From contig JAKMXF010000233.1 in the NCBI GenBank assembly GCA_024704765.1, positions 248,001 through 312,000 of the forward strand: a DNA stretch of 64,000 nucleotides, read 5' to 3'. The position numbers and the translations under genes are program-made. Positions 1 to 11,876 of the stretch are shown piece by piece (positions within the stretch are counted from its first letter, which is position 1; each line of letters begins with the position of its first letter). The DNA is from Oopsacas minuta (taxonomy: Eukaryota; Animalia; Porifera). The notes below the pieces were generated by a model that saw only the letters and a list, made by a program, of their open reading frames with translations, made no database searches and was not told the DNA's origin.

Positions 1-1
1 G

Positions 2-2281
2 GATACCATTCAAACATTCAAGTACTTCGGGACAAGCCAGGTTAATTTCATCAAGCAACACCCACCAACCATTTCTGATTGCTTTCACCAAGGCACCTTC
101 CATAAAACGAAATGTAAATGAGCTTTTCATTTTGTTCAAATTTTCACTTGCAGATGTCAACTCTTTACCAAATATTTTCCAACTTTCAGAGCTCTTAGTA
201 GACAAATTTTCTTTGATACTCGCGGATTTTCGCACATGCTCCATCATCGAGATTAAAGTATCCCATTTCTTTTGACTACATATCGTCTCAATGTGTCCAA
301 TGAAAACTTTATTTTTAGACTTTGAGAAGGAATTTTCAAAACAGTCCAAGAACATTTTTTTCAATGGTAACATTATATAGTCAACACCAATAGGTTTATA
401 TCCGCCTAATAGATCTATCGTATCACTCTGTCTGCTCATATTGATGACAACAAGTTTGTTGTTTGTTTGATTGGCTAGGTGTTGAACTGTTGATGTTTTT
501 CCAGTCCCGGTCTCACCAACTAGTAGAATTGGTTCTTTGTATTGAACACATACAGCTAGTCGTTCCAATAACATTGATGTTTGTTGCGTATATGCGAACG
601 GCATAGTCGTTATTGGTGCCTCGATAAGACCTGTGAATTGATTTAATGGTATCAATGCTCTGCCAATAGAAAAGTTAGCAACTGAAAACGAGATACTTGG
701 TTTGTAATTTGTTAAGTAGTACTCTATTTTCGTTTGGTTCAGGCCAAGTTGGTTGCCAAGTTGATTTGCTAAGGAATGTTGTATATTTTTGGATAGGAAG
801 GCAACTACGAAGCAGTCTAGAGCTTCCAAGAAAATTCCTTCTAAATTTATAGCTTCCAGGCCATCCACAAAGTTTTCAGTACGTTTACACCATTTCATTA
901 AATCGCGTAATGTAATCTTTCTTTTCAGAAATTCCGTTTGAGTGTTTTCGACTGAAGTACTTTGGAAAATTTGGATGAGTTTCGAAGCTGTGCTGGACAA
1001 ATTTGGGTATTTTTTGCTTATTATTGTCTCTAATTCCTCAACAGTTGGATAGTTAACTTGGACAACGTTCCAGTATTTCTCAAGTAAACTAGCTTCTGAT
1101 GAAAACAGTGGTTGGCCGTTTGCATTCGTGCGTTGCGTAGCGAATATTTGGAAACCAATATTAGCAGTTACCGTCTCACTCATCCCTGGTATTGGTAATA
1201 TATTATTCTCCAGTATAGGTAACAGTGTAGAAATCACGTCTTTCCCAGCATAATCAATATCCTCCAGAAGAAGCCATTTTCCAGTTTGCATCGCATGTAC
1301 CAGCACGCCAGGCTTCCATACAAACTCGCCTGGTTTTTCTGTAGATGTGTAGCTTCCTATTAATGATTTACTATCTGTTTGATCACTCAATTGTACAGTG
1401 ACTAAATCAGTATTATTTCCTATTACATTTGAAAGATGTGATATTAACATTGTCTTTCCTACTCCAATTTCACCTCTGATAAGTATCGGTGTAGTTTGTG
1501 CTATTGAAAATGCAATGGATTTGAGAGCTAGCTGTGTTGTTGGAACCATAATGAGGTTTGTTGGAGGGAAATAGTGTGAACTTTTCGTGCGTATCTTCGG
1601 TAATATAACACCCTGGACTTCAACCCAATGGGAAAAAGAAGCTGTGAATTTTTTGAGGAAATTCATTTGTTGCGGGCTTATTTCGACTTGTCCATATTCG
1701 GTACATGCTTCATTTATATCAGGCAATGCAGCTTTCAAGCCTTTTTCATTGTAAAATTTTGTGGACTGCTCAATATCGAGTTGAAAAATGATTGAGAACA
1801 GTTTTATTACTCTCCATTTTATCTCAGAATATCTGAGAGTGCCGAGTGATAGGAAACAAGATAGATTCAACTTCTTGAACATCCTAGGCTCTTTTGTAAC
1901 TAATTCTGTAAGGACGTTTAATATTAAGATGAGTGTGTTTTTCAGCGAATCTTCACCCACAAGTGTTTCATATTGCGATAAATATTGAAAAACTGTCGTC
2001 ATTACAATCGGGCAGATTTGCAAACAAATTAGCAAAATGAGAATGATATTTTCATGAGGAGGGTCTTGGGATTGTTTTGCATCGATCAGGAATGAAACTA
2101 CAGCTGGACATAGTAAAGGGTATTTTCTTATCCAAGAAAAGTTATTTGAACTGAGAATTATATTAGAATATTTATCTAACCAAGTGCGGATTTGAATTTG
2201 AGTTTGAGAATCAACTTCTTCGCTTGAATTACATTTTTCTAGGAGTAAACACAAATCTTTTTCACACTTCGGTATATCCAT
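2..2281 (-). CDS. MDN1: Midasin (ribosome-biogenesis AAA+ ATPase), 5' part; runs off the left edge of the window
   Basis: Not in the ORF track because it is open-ended. Manual translation from ATG at 2281 (MDIPKCEKDL..., in-frame TGA upstream) gives AAA1 (PILIRGEIGVGKT...DSKSLIGSYTSTEKPGEFVWKPGVL...WLLLEDID) and a later ring module (PILLVGETGTGKT...FMEGALVKAIRNGWWVLLDEINLA). No intron seen in the parts translated. Confidence 0.93.
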   Translation of the reverse strand, partial: MDIPKCEKDLCLLLEKCNSSEEVDSQTQIQIRTWLDKYSNIILSSNNFSWIRKYPLLCPAVVSFLIDAKQSQDPPHENIILILLICLQICPIVMTTVFQYLSQYETLVGEDSLKNTLILILNVLTELVTKEPRMFKKLNLSCFLSLGTLRYSEIKWRVIKLFSIIFQLDIEQSTKFYNEKGLKAALPDINEACTEYGQVEISPQQMNFLKKFTASFSHWVEVQGVILPKIRTKSSHYFPPTNLIMVPTTQLALKSIAFSIAQTTPILIRGEIGVGKTMLISHLSNVIGNNTDLVTVQLSDQTDSKSLIGSYTSTEKPGEFVWKPGVLVHAMQTGKWLLLEDIDYAGKDVISTLLPILENNILPIPGMSETVTANIGFQIFATQRTNANGQPLFSSEASLLEKYWNVVQVNYPTVEELETIISKKYPNLSSTASKLIQIFQSTSVENTQTEFLKRKITLRDLMKWCKRTENFVDGLEAINLEGIFLEALDCFVVAFLSKNIQHSLANQLGNQLGLNQTKIEYYLTNYKPSISFSVANFSIGRALIPLNQFTGLIEAPITTMPFAYTQQTSMLLERLAVCVQYKEPILLVGETGTGKTSTVQHLANQTNNKLVVINMSRQSDTIDLLGGYKPIGVDYIMLPLKKMFLDCFENSFSKSKNKVFIGHIETICSQKKWDTLISMMEHVRKSASIKENLSTKSSESWKIFGKELTSASENLNKMKSSFTFRFMEGALVKAIRNGWWVLLDEINLACPEVLECLNGI

Positions 2282-3365
2282 GGGGCAAATAAGTTTAACT
2301 GAATTGTAATATGATTTCCTATTCAATCAGAGCAATTCACTGAATCTATGCAATATCTATGGGCTCTTAGTAAATTAGAAGTTATATTATACAACTCTAA
2401 GTATACCATTTGTGATTTTTATAACGCAATCTATTATCCAATGTCTTGCATATTTCTAAGCAAAATATTAGATTTTGTGGATAGAATGCGAATAGTCATC
2501 ACTTATTATGGCAAGCTAATTTATGTAATTTGTATGTGTTTATTCACTCGCTATAAGCATTATTAGAAAGCTATAAAGATGATTCCTCGGTGACATTGAT
2601 TGAATTTGGCAGAGCGTATTTACATTGTCATCTCCTTTGAATTCTTTGTTGATAAATGCTCAGTGATAATGTTATCAAAGCATAAGTATTGTCTATGAAA
2701 GGCTAAATGTAGTCGATAATTTGATTGAGAAATTTTGGCAAATGACAAAACGTGAGAAAGCAAATCGTACTGCTATTCCTGTTTCCAAACATAGGAAAGC
2801 TATCGGACAGTTCAGTGAACGGGTGTGGGCAAGTCGGAGTCAAAATTCTAAAGAAAAATGCAAGAAAACTGATCTGAGAAATCGAAAATTTCTAGAAGGA
2901 TATTCGAAGTTAACTATTTTCGTACTTTTTTTGTTCCTTCTAGTCTCGCCTAGTTTTTGTGTGATATTCATGTATGCCAAGAATTCTGCTAATTATACAG
3001 ACCCTCAGACCATGTGAATTTCCTATAGTTTACCAACGGTTTATTTATCAAATTCTATTCTAATTCCGATTTTCTTATTTTCATATATTCTAACTTTATT
3101 TGTTTTCTAACAAACTTGTTTTATCTTTTACATTAAACTATTATATTTTTGCGTAATTTCAGGATATCCAAAAAAGCTTTAACATTGTAGTCAAGTGTAT
3201 AAGAAGAAAATAAATATCGATCAGTATTCGGAGTTCTTAGTAGTCTTATCTTTCTATCCAGAAGATATTGTAAACTGTATTGATATATTCCTCCTCCAAT
3301 CTTATTCATAAGGTTATATTGTTTGTAGAAAACTTCTTCCTACAATCCAGTTGAGAGTAATTAGA

Positions 3366-4818
3366 ATGCTACCACGAGATCAATTGGTTCGTCTGAGTGA
3401 AGAACAAGAAAAATCTCTCTTAGAATCAGAATCAACAATTGATAAACTTAAAAGGTACAAATCAGACTATCAAAAGGTATCACAGCAGCTAAAATCTCTC
3501 CCAGACAAATTGGAATACAAAATGATGATTCCCTTCGGTAGAAAAGCATTTATTCCAGGAAAATTAGTACACACAAATGAGATATTAGTATTGCTAGGAG
3601 AAAATTGGTTTATTGAGTGTTCAGCTAAATATGCTAGTGAGATTGCTGAACGTAGAATAGTGCAAGTAGATAGGCAAATTGTTGAAGTTAGTAAGGAACA
3701 TGAAAATGTTAGTAGTCATTTGAAATACTCAAAGGAATTTAGCGGTGTGTCAGGCGATGGCGATGACATACATGAAATTCTTGAGTACGAAGATGAACAC
3801 GGAGAGATTACAACTATCAAAGGTCCTAATTCTTCGGATTCTGGTACTAATGGGGTCATGACTAAAGAGGAACAAAGGGAAGCTATTGCTAAAGTTGAAG
3901 CTGAGTTTGAGAGACTTGAAGCACTTGGTAAGTTTGCAAATAATATTTGTGTATCGGAGCCCATGTTACATATATTTTCACTTCGATAAAAGCATGAAGG
4001 ATGTACATTTACAATCAACTCCCGTTAGATTAAAGCTCGAGGAACCGTGATATTGACTTTAATATAACCGATGACATTTATATTACTTTGACCGTTTGGG
4101 TCCATATTTTTACATTTTCAAAGTTCGATATAAGCGGGTATTTCCACTTTATCAATATTCGATATAGATGTGTATAAGAGCGGGTATTTCCATTTTATCA
4201 ATATTCGATATAAGCGGGTATTTCCACTTTATCAATATTCGATATAAGCGGGTATTTCCACTTTATCAATATTCGATATAAGCGGGTATTTCCATTTTAT
4301 CAATATTCGATATAAGCGGGTATTTCCATTTTATCAATATTCGATATGACGGGAGTTGACTGTATTTACTATTTTCATTTTCAATCTAAGAAGAAGACTC
4401 GTGTATTAAAAGTGAAGAAACTACAGCTTATACTAGAGATATAAAATCACCAACCATACGGTTCCATCACAGTAACATAGAAATAGAAAATATAATCCCA
4501 CTTCATCCAAATACTCCTTATCAATCGCCAGCCGATATATACGATAGAAGTCCAGATATAATGAGAAAAGTCCAGGACACACAACAAGAACATTTACCTG
4601 CAAAGAAAGTGACTTGGGGAGAAAATAGTATTGAAACTATTGAGAGTAAAGTGAAGGAAAATACAGATTATAATACAGAAGAAATACTCGCGCAAAAAGC
4701 ATTCACAAATATTGTAAAAGAGAGGAGCAATTTCGCCCCTGTTATCAATCCAGAGGCAGAATTGCCGAAAGAAAACAGGATTGTGTCGAAATTCAAGTCT
4801 TCTCGACAAAATAAATGA
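3366..4818 (+). CDS. URI1: Unconventional prefoldin RPB5 interactor, 2 exons, 329 aa
   Basis: Exons 3366-3927 and 4391-4818, phase-1 GT..AG intron. Alpha-prefoldin N-terminus (MIPFGRKAFIPGKLVHTNEILVLLGENWF), SPADIY motif and C-terminal VSKFKSSR. Confidence 0.9.
4012..4362. mobile_element. TA-flanked MITE (pogo/Tc1-mariner-like, CAGTCAACTCCCG termini) in the URI1 intron
   Basis: TA|CAATCAACTCCCGTT ... GACGGGAGTTGACTG|TA. The internal motif TTACTTTGACCGTTTGG and the AAGCGGGTATT motif are shared with copies near 11756, 57868 and 62410. Confidence 0.8.
4132..4347. repeat. 34-bp tandem repeat, 6 copies, inside the MITE
   Basis: Unit AAGCGGGTATTTCCA(C/T)TTTATCAATATTCGATAT at 4132, ~4179, 4212, 4246, 4280 and 4314; one 13-nt interruption after copy 1. 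Confidence 0.95.
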
Positions 4819-6428
4819 ATTTACATCTAAGCATTACAAAATACTTCCCACGAGATTAGTTTTACAAATAACATATTTTGTCATTCAACAGGTTTACAGC
4901 AAAGATTAGCTCGTCAAATTCCTCTCCTTTGAACTTCATCGAGAGCATAAGACTCTTTTTAATATTAAATTCTATTGATTTATATTAAGCACATACAGAT
5001 GTTATTTTACATATTATAATTGCATCATCAGTAATTTACTAAACTAAGTTTAATACTAATTTTCAATAGAGAAAATTTGTGATGAAGAATATCGATGACA
5101 CAAGTTATTGGAAAATTTTAACACACAACTTCTTGCAACAAATTCACGAGGTTATTTACACCCACATGCTATTGCATAAGTTTGAATACGATTACCATAC
5201 CTTGTGCAATACCATTATTTTTGTCCGTAAAATGCTTTAGTAATGCCTTGTACTTCTAGGAATATCTCACCGCGTGACTGTATTATAGAATACTGATGGT
5301 TAATGATTTGATTAAATTGCAAGAAAGATTAATTGAATATTTTCTTCATCAATATTGAGATTTTGTGAAAAATTGAAAATTTGTGAAAGATCTTAGATTC
5401 ACATTCGCTTTTCTAAAACTGTAACTATACAGTTTATAATTTAAAAATAGCTAGATTAACTTTCAAGATGGAGAGAAGATGTTATAAGAGCAAAATTAGA
5501 TTAATACTCAGAATAGTTAGGTTACAAAGAAATCTCAACGTACATAAGTATGTACTGTAATGAAGATGATCTCTTATAAGTATATGAATTGGTTTCTTTT
5601 ATTAAAAGACAAAATGTAATTGGGGATTTTATTAGATAGTAAAGCTACTGACCTACTTGGTGTTGTTAGCTAAAATGTAATAGCTCTATAAGAGTGCCCA
5701 AAAGGGGACATTTAGCAGACGAGCCGCACATCGGAAGGAAAGCGAAACTTGCTTGTCATTAATTATCCTAGTTCTTAGATATTATTCTTATCGATTTCGA
5801 ATATCTGTTATAGATAAAACGAGTTAGGCTCTTAAATCTCTACGAATATACCTATTTTAAGTATATCTACCTCAAATGTATATCTAACAAAGGAAACTAG
5901 GTTATAGCAAGGGAGGATAACATATTGCTATGGGTAATGAACTAATGAGATATTAATCACTAAGTTTTAGATATTCAAGTAGATGATATAAGAAATTTAT
6001 TAAACTTAAAGTCCAATTATACTTGCAAGGTGTATTTCTTTAGGAAGTATAGAAGTTATATAATTTATCCAGGTATCAAGAAAGATATCAATTTTCCCAA
6101 GGTTCTATGTTATACGAAGTGGAATTTCCATGAATTTACTATAATCTGAGTATTGGAAAAGCTATGTTGAAACTATTTCAAAGTTGCTTCATTGAATAGT
6201 AACACATCTACTATTAGTATATTACTATGTTGTAAGAGAGGATAAATATTCTGATCCGTCCTTTTAATGCCTTAGAAACATAAATAATTCTGTATTCATG
6301 GTGAATTTCCATAAACAACTAATTATATGCAAATTTATTATCTGATATAGCTGATTAATCAATGTAATAGATTGTAAGATTACAGATTTGATTTGTGCAT
6401 ATATAGACACTTAACGTTTTGCAAAAGC

Positions 6429-8315
6429 TTAATCACTTGAAAACTCAATAGATTCCCAGCTAATGAGAGGAGGATTGTTCGGAAGAGATTCACTGTCAAT
6501 CATAAATTCGACTTTAGGTTTCTTGATTAACGTTTCTCTCACATCTTCTCTATATTGACCTTTCCCTGTTACCTTTTCCCATAATGTCAATTTTCTGTCA
6601 AGTCCATCTTTCTTCTCATCCTTTTCAATATTTCCCTCTTTCGAATCGCTAATCCAGGGGCGCATTTTCCATGTTACAAGCACCATAATCACTAATATTG
6701 TTAATATTAGTCCAAATACTATTAGTATAACAGATGTTAGTACAACTCTCTTCATGATACCACTACTCAAGCTCGAGGTTATCCCTTCGCTATAAATGAA
6801 TTTTATGCATTTATTGCTAGTGCTGAATGGGAAAGTAGTGCTTGTTTCAAAAGGCACTGCGGCTATGATGAAATAATAGCATTCATCTTGTTTGTAAGCT
6901 TTCTTGTTGACAGTAAAATCAAAAATATACTCGATAGGTAGCATTTCAGATGGAAGTATTTCCTGAATGAATGGGATAGATTTCCCAATTGAAACATCTT
7001 CAGACATAGTACTTACACGATTGTTATCAAATTGTGTGGGGAGATTTGTATTTTGTGGCCAAGCTACAAGTAGATAACTGCTGACTTCAGCCTGTGGCGA
7101 AGTGTGTTGTAAATTTATGCTGAAAGGCTGTACAACTTTATTGCCTTGTAATTCATACTGACTGCCTGATATCACGGGTGTAGGTGGATTATCGATTTGA
7201 ATTGAATTGGTACGAAAGGAGAATTCTTTATCGGCAAATATTGTGTATGCAATAGAGTTTTCCATTGGTTTTGCATGGATAGCACATCTGTATGTTGTAG
7301 TTGGGTTTAAGCTTTCCAAATTTAGAATATTACCAAGCATATTTGCTGTCCTCCATTCCAGAACGCGAGGGCTCGTACCTACAGCTCTAACTGTTTCATG
7401 ATCCGCTAGGCACATCACGTGTAATTCAAATGTATTTCGGTTTTCTAACGGTTCAGATAGTATAATACTAGCTGAGTACATATGTGCTCTAATTCCTGTA
7501 ATTTCTATAGCCATATTTTCTTCAAGATCCTCTTCAACCTCTGATAATGGCAGTACTAATGTTATACTACAATTTCTATTTTCCCTATGGTTAATAAGTC
7601 GTATTGAGCAAACACTAACGAATACATACTTCTCTGCTTCAGTTTTATAACCGTCTAATCGTATGTTCATGCTTGTCTCAGAGCGCTGAACGATATCAGT
7701 TGTGTGTAGTAGCTCATTGATGCTTTCAAAACTCTGACTACTTCCGTAATTCAAGTCGATTTGATATGAAGTAATTGGAACGCTATATGGAAACTCCCAT
7801 GATACTAAGAGTCTGTCAAAATCTCTTCTTACTCTCAACATTAAAGGAGCAATGTTTGGAATCGTTAATCGCATTGAACCAGCGGGAATAGTATATTTAG
7901 AGTTGAAACAAGCAAATTTCTTGCTACAAGATACCAACCAATCTCTGAATATTGCACAGACGATTATGCATGGTCGTTTTGTTTCTGGCATATTCTTTAA
8001 TACCGTTTCAAATTTTCCATTTGGTACTTTAGCTAGACGATCAGTGTCTGGTAGTGTATTACTATACATTTCAGTTGAGTTATAATCACATTCGAAAATT
8101 TCAAATCTCTCATAAGCTTTTGGCGACCTTTCAAATGACCAAACTAGCGATGCAAAATGACTGTTTTCTGTATCTGGCCTCAAAATTGAGATTACTGGGA
8201 AGTCACCCTGATAACTAAATCCATGACCATAGCTAGTTGCTGCAATAAGTGATAAAATATAAAACAGGAGAATTATACAAATATTACATAAGTTTATGAA
8301 ATTATTTGCAAACAT
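6429..8315 (-). CDS. Type I membrane protein with FN3-like ectodomain (paralog A), 628 aa, intronless
   Basis: Hydrophobic N-terminal signal; FN3-like motifs LLVSWEFP and LESLNPTTTYRCAI; one TM segment (VVLTSVILIVFGLILTILVIMVLVTW); ~80-aa tail with no catalytic domain. Confidence 0.8.
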   Translation of the reverse strand: MFANNFINLCNICIILLFYILSLIAATSYGHGFSYQGDFPVISILRPDTENSHFASLVWSFERSPKAYERFEIFECDYNSTEMYSNTLPDTDRLAKVPNGKFETVLKNMPETKRPCIIVCAIFRDWLVSCSKKFACFNSKYTIPAGSMRLTIPNIAPLMLRVRRDFDRLLVSWEFPYSVPITSYQIDLNYGSSQSFESINELLHTTDIVQRSETSMNIRLDGYKTEAEKYVFVSVCSIRLINHRENRNCSITLVLPLSEVEEDLEENMAIEITGIRAHMYSASIILSEPLENRNTFELHVMCLADHETVRAVGTSPRVLEWRTANMLGNILNLESLNPTTTYRCAIHAKPMENSIAYTIFADKEFSFRTNSIQIDNPPTPVISGSQYELQGNKVVQPFSINLQHTSPQAEVSSYLLVAWPQNTNLPTQFDNNRVSTMSEDVSIGKSIPFIQEILPSEMLPIEYIFDFTVNKKAYKQDECYYFIIAAVPFETSTTFPFSTSNKCIKFIYSEGITSSLSSGIMKRVVLTSVILIVFGLILTILVIMVLVTWKMRPWISDSKEGNIEKDEKKDGLDRKLTLWEKVTGKGQYREDVRETLIKKPKVEFMIDSESLPNNPPLISWESIEFSSD

Positions 8316-10224
8316 TTTATGAGATTTTGTAAAACAAATTTCTCAAATATTATTTTCTAATAAGTAAATGCATATTTTGTTAAAAGAACAGCTTATGTTT
8401 ATGTATTTTGGCCAATGATCTTGTTGCTTTTTTTGTAAAAATTATTTGGTAATATTGTCTGCTAATTTTAGTGGATGATATACTTTATTGAGAAATCACT
8501 CTACGACAAGAGGGAAATATTAACAAGCTACGTTTGCAAAATGCTTAATAATTTATCTCACATCAATTCTATTTTACTTCATTATTAGATTATTTATGAA
8601 TTGTACACGTAATCAATTTAGAAAGACATACATACACGCAATTTATACCCGTGAATTATCCTAAATAGCATTTTCATTCAAGGATAACTTTACCATTACA
8701 ATCGAGGTTAATTTATTATTGATTGTTGGTAGTATATATGATAGGGTATTGGGTAGGTTAGTTGATTATTTAATAAGTAAATTTGACTTGCATACTGCCC
8801 AACTTTGAGATTATTGAGGCGGTAGGATTCAGTAGAATTTAAGAGTTTATACTTAGCAATATTAGGCTATTTTACAGCTCATTAGAATTATGAAATTTTT
8901 GGAACACACACGGAGATTTTGTTCTGTAGTTAGCGGTTTAATTAGTAAATAACTACTTACTCAGTAAATATTACTTCCGTTTGATGATTCCATCTTAAGG
9001 AAATACACAATTCTTGTATAATTCAGAAAATTGCATATCTGCAACATAGTGTTACAGATACATTGTTATAGATTCGATATATTCCTTACTTTGCCAGTCA
9101 TTTAGTATATATACAAGACTTAGACACTGTCTTAGTTAGTTATTAATTACTTGAATGCAGGAAACTGCGTACTGTTTTTATCGCATATCCTTCATTGGCC
9201 CAATGCAATGCCAACTGGCTACATACTAACTACTTCAGGTATATATAGAGGAAATATTGTCTTTAGTTTCCGACTGTCTGATGGAAAAAGTATTTATTGA
9301 AGCTATCATGATGTCGATCATATTTCTTATGTGGATTACATAGAAGAATACAGGTATTCATCTTTTTAGTTCTGTTAATTAGAGAAGATATTCTGAGCAC
9401 TTAAAATTCTAAATTTACATTCAAATTTCTATGAAATTATTTATTTTATTTGAAGATCAGCTTTGAAAATTATAAATAATTATTTTGGCAATTTTGGCGG
9501 ATAATATTCCATTCCTCTCTAATTATTAGAATATTAATTGAATCCAATTCTTTCTAAATATGTTTTGTCTCCAATGATTTGTGACATCAGGCTATGATAT
9601 AATAATAATAATAATTAGATAAATTATGGAATATTGTATAACACTAACCTGTAAGATACTCGTACAAGTATAAATATATATCTTTGGACATTAACTAGCT
9701 TCAGATTACTTATAAATTGAAATTGGTTAAATCAAGAATATTACTTGAGTTTTGTCTTAACTTTATCAAATTGTTGAGACTATTATTTCCTTTTAAATAT
9801 TGAATTATTCTCTTCTTACAAAATTTATTATTTGCAATTATATTATTAACAATATTTGTATTGTGATAAACATATTTATTTGCATTTTAGAAATATTCTT
9901 GCATATTTGGTATAAGTATGAATTTATTATTTCTACAAGATTGAAAAATATCAGATTTCTTAGATATTCTCGAATTGGACAGAATTGTATAATATAAGGT
10001 TATTTGAAACTTCATATATTATATTTTCACATATTTTTCACCTAAAAATAATTTTAGAAATAAAATTAGTCTAAAATTTTCCAAAACGAAAAGTACAAAA
10101 TTCTTGTGATTTCCGCAATAAATAATACAAATTGATTGGTTGATTAACTGATGTTATTCCTTTTATTAAAGTATGTAAATAATTATTCATTTCTTTACAA
10201 AAATATATTTCTGATTTTACTATT

Positions 10225-11643
10225 ATGAAAAGTGCATTTTTCATAATTTATCTTGCATCAGCATTTTCTATAACCTTGAGCCAATTCCTATCGCCAGCTC
10301 GTGCAAATATCGAACCTTTACTAATCAAGTGTGACCTCAGACATTGGGATTTAACGGTCAGCTGGAGATTTCCCTTTTCCGCATACCTCGATGGATTCTA
10401 TTTGGAAGCCCAATTTGCTGAGGATAAACTATTAAAACAGATGAACCCTCATCTACAGCTATCTTTAAATACAGACAACGATGAATCAACGACAACATTT
10501 TTCCTTAAAAGTTTTCATCTACAGCAGGCCAATTACGCATTTATCAGAGCATGCTCAATAGATGAAAGACAAATTGAAGTAAAGCGTAACTGCACTAAAT
10601 CAATACGCTATCCCATTTCCAAAGACGCAATGGAGAAATCTTACAGCAAATATCGTTTATTACGTACTACCACTCACCCTGAGGAAGCTATATTTACGAT
10701 CTACTCTACAGACAGAAAGAGAGAAATAGATGCTACCATTATTTGTATTGGAAAAGGTTTGTATAGTACAAAGCTAGGGAAACACGAGTTTGAGGCTTTG
10801 GAATGGCGAACAGTTATAGGTAGCGAAGATCGGCTAAGTTTGAGTGGTCTCCGTCCGGATACAGAGTATTCCTGTGAGATTCTCGGTCGTGAGAGTAAAT
10901 CTTCGCAAATAGTAGACATAATACTTAATGACGTAGAGTTTAAAACTGGTAAAATCGACGTACCATCTCCGCCCGCGCCTAAATTAAACACACATGTTGT
11001 ATCTCTGTCAACAATAAGTGAAACATTGGCTATATTTATGCAGCCAATTGAAATACAAGCCGAAATATCTAAATACATCCTGATCGCTTATCCAGTGGAA
11101 CCTGTTGATCTGCCCGATGGCTCTATGGCTAATCCTAACGTAGAGGAAGTTACTAGCGAAAGTTTGAATTCTCAAATCGAAGCAATCTCGAGTATAATCG
11201 CTATTCCGTTTATCATCCGTACTTTCATGCCAACAGAACTTCCTATGATGCACTCATTAGTGAATACGAAAACTGCAGCGTTTAAGGAAGGGAATTGTTA
11301 TTATTTCGTGCTTGCAGCTGAGTCAAGCAAGCAAACTGATGCGATTGGATGGAATTCTACTGTTGATTGTGTTTTATTGGGAAGGACAAACTTGACAAAA
11401 TCTCAAAAATTTCTGCGTTATGGTGGATTTTTCGCTGCTTCTTCTGTGATTTGTTTCTTATGTCTTTTCACTGCAATTTGCATCAAATCCATTGCAACTA
11501 TAAAGAAGAAACTTGGAGTTTCAGGCAAGACAAACTACACTAAAATGAGGACGGTTATTCCCCCGGATACTCCGCCAAGAGGTGAACCGATCTACGAGTA
11601 TATCTCCCCTAATTCTCCACCTGGTATTGATGATGATGATTGA
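10225..11643 (+). CDS. Type I membrane protein with FN3-like ectodomain (paralog B), 472 aa, intronless
   Basis: Signal peptide MKSAFFIIYLASAFSITLS; LTVSWRFP and LSGLRPDTEYSCEI; TM YGGFFAASSVICFLCLFTAICI; blocks collinear with paralog A (LEWRT, QAE[VI]S.Y[LI]L[VI]A[WY]P, CYYF[IV][IL]AA). Confidence 0.82.
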   Translation: MKSAFFIIYLASAFSITLSQFLSPARANIEPLLIKCDLRHWDLTVSWRFPFSAYLDGFYLEAQFAEDKLLKQMNPHLQLSLNTDNDESTTTFFLKSFHLQQANYAFIRACSIDERQIEVKRNCTKSIRYPISKDAMEKSYSKYRLLRTTTHPEEAIFTIYSTDRKREIDATIICIGKGLYSTKLGKHEFEALEWRTVIGSEDRLSLSGLRPDTEYSCEILGRESKSSQIVDIILNDVEFKTGKIDVPSPPAPKLNTHVVSLSTISETLAIFMQPIEIQAEISKYILIAYPVEPVDLPDGSMANPNVEEVTSESLNSQIEAISSIIAIPFIIRTFMPTELPMMHSLVNTKTAAFKEGNCYYFVLAAESSKQTDAIGWNSTVDCVLLGRTNLTKSQKFLRYGGFFAASSVICFLCLFTAICIKSIATIKKKLGVSGKTNYTKMRTVIPPDTPPRGEPIYEYISPNSPPGIDDDD

Positions 11644-11755
11644 ATACTAATCGGTTTATTGAGCATTTATCAGGATGATTTAAACTGTGTATCATAAAGA
11701 TTCTGTAATAAATTTATATAATCAGAAATAATTGAGGGACATATAAAATTTGATA

Positions 11756-11876
11756 CAGTCAACTTCCGTTACATCGAAACTCAAGGGACCGCAATAATTA
11801 CTTCGTTATGAGAGGAGTTCGATATAAACGATAAAATTATGTTACTTTGACGGTTTGGCTTCGATATGAGCGGGTG
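11756..11876. mobile_element. Truncated copy of the CAGTCAACTCCCG MITE family
   Basis: TA|CAGTCAACTTCCGTTACATCGAAACTCAAGGGAC... followed by TTACTTTGACGGTTTGG and TTCGATATGAGCGGG; right terminus missing. Confidence 0.65.

Noticed and set aside
2721-3017. 98-aa ORF between MDN1 and URI1
   Set aside because: No recognisable motif, and no phase-compatible splice path to URI1 found; probably promoter or UTR sequence.
4132-4347. CRISPR-like array
   Set aside because: The 34-bp units are head-to-tail with no unique spacers, lie inside a MITE in a eukaryotic intron, and there are no cas genes.
5150-5270. Minus-strand GIAQG resembling a reverse-transcriptase motif
   Set aside because: Short, flanked by stops, and no YxDD or other RT motifs nearby.
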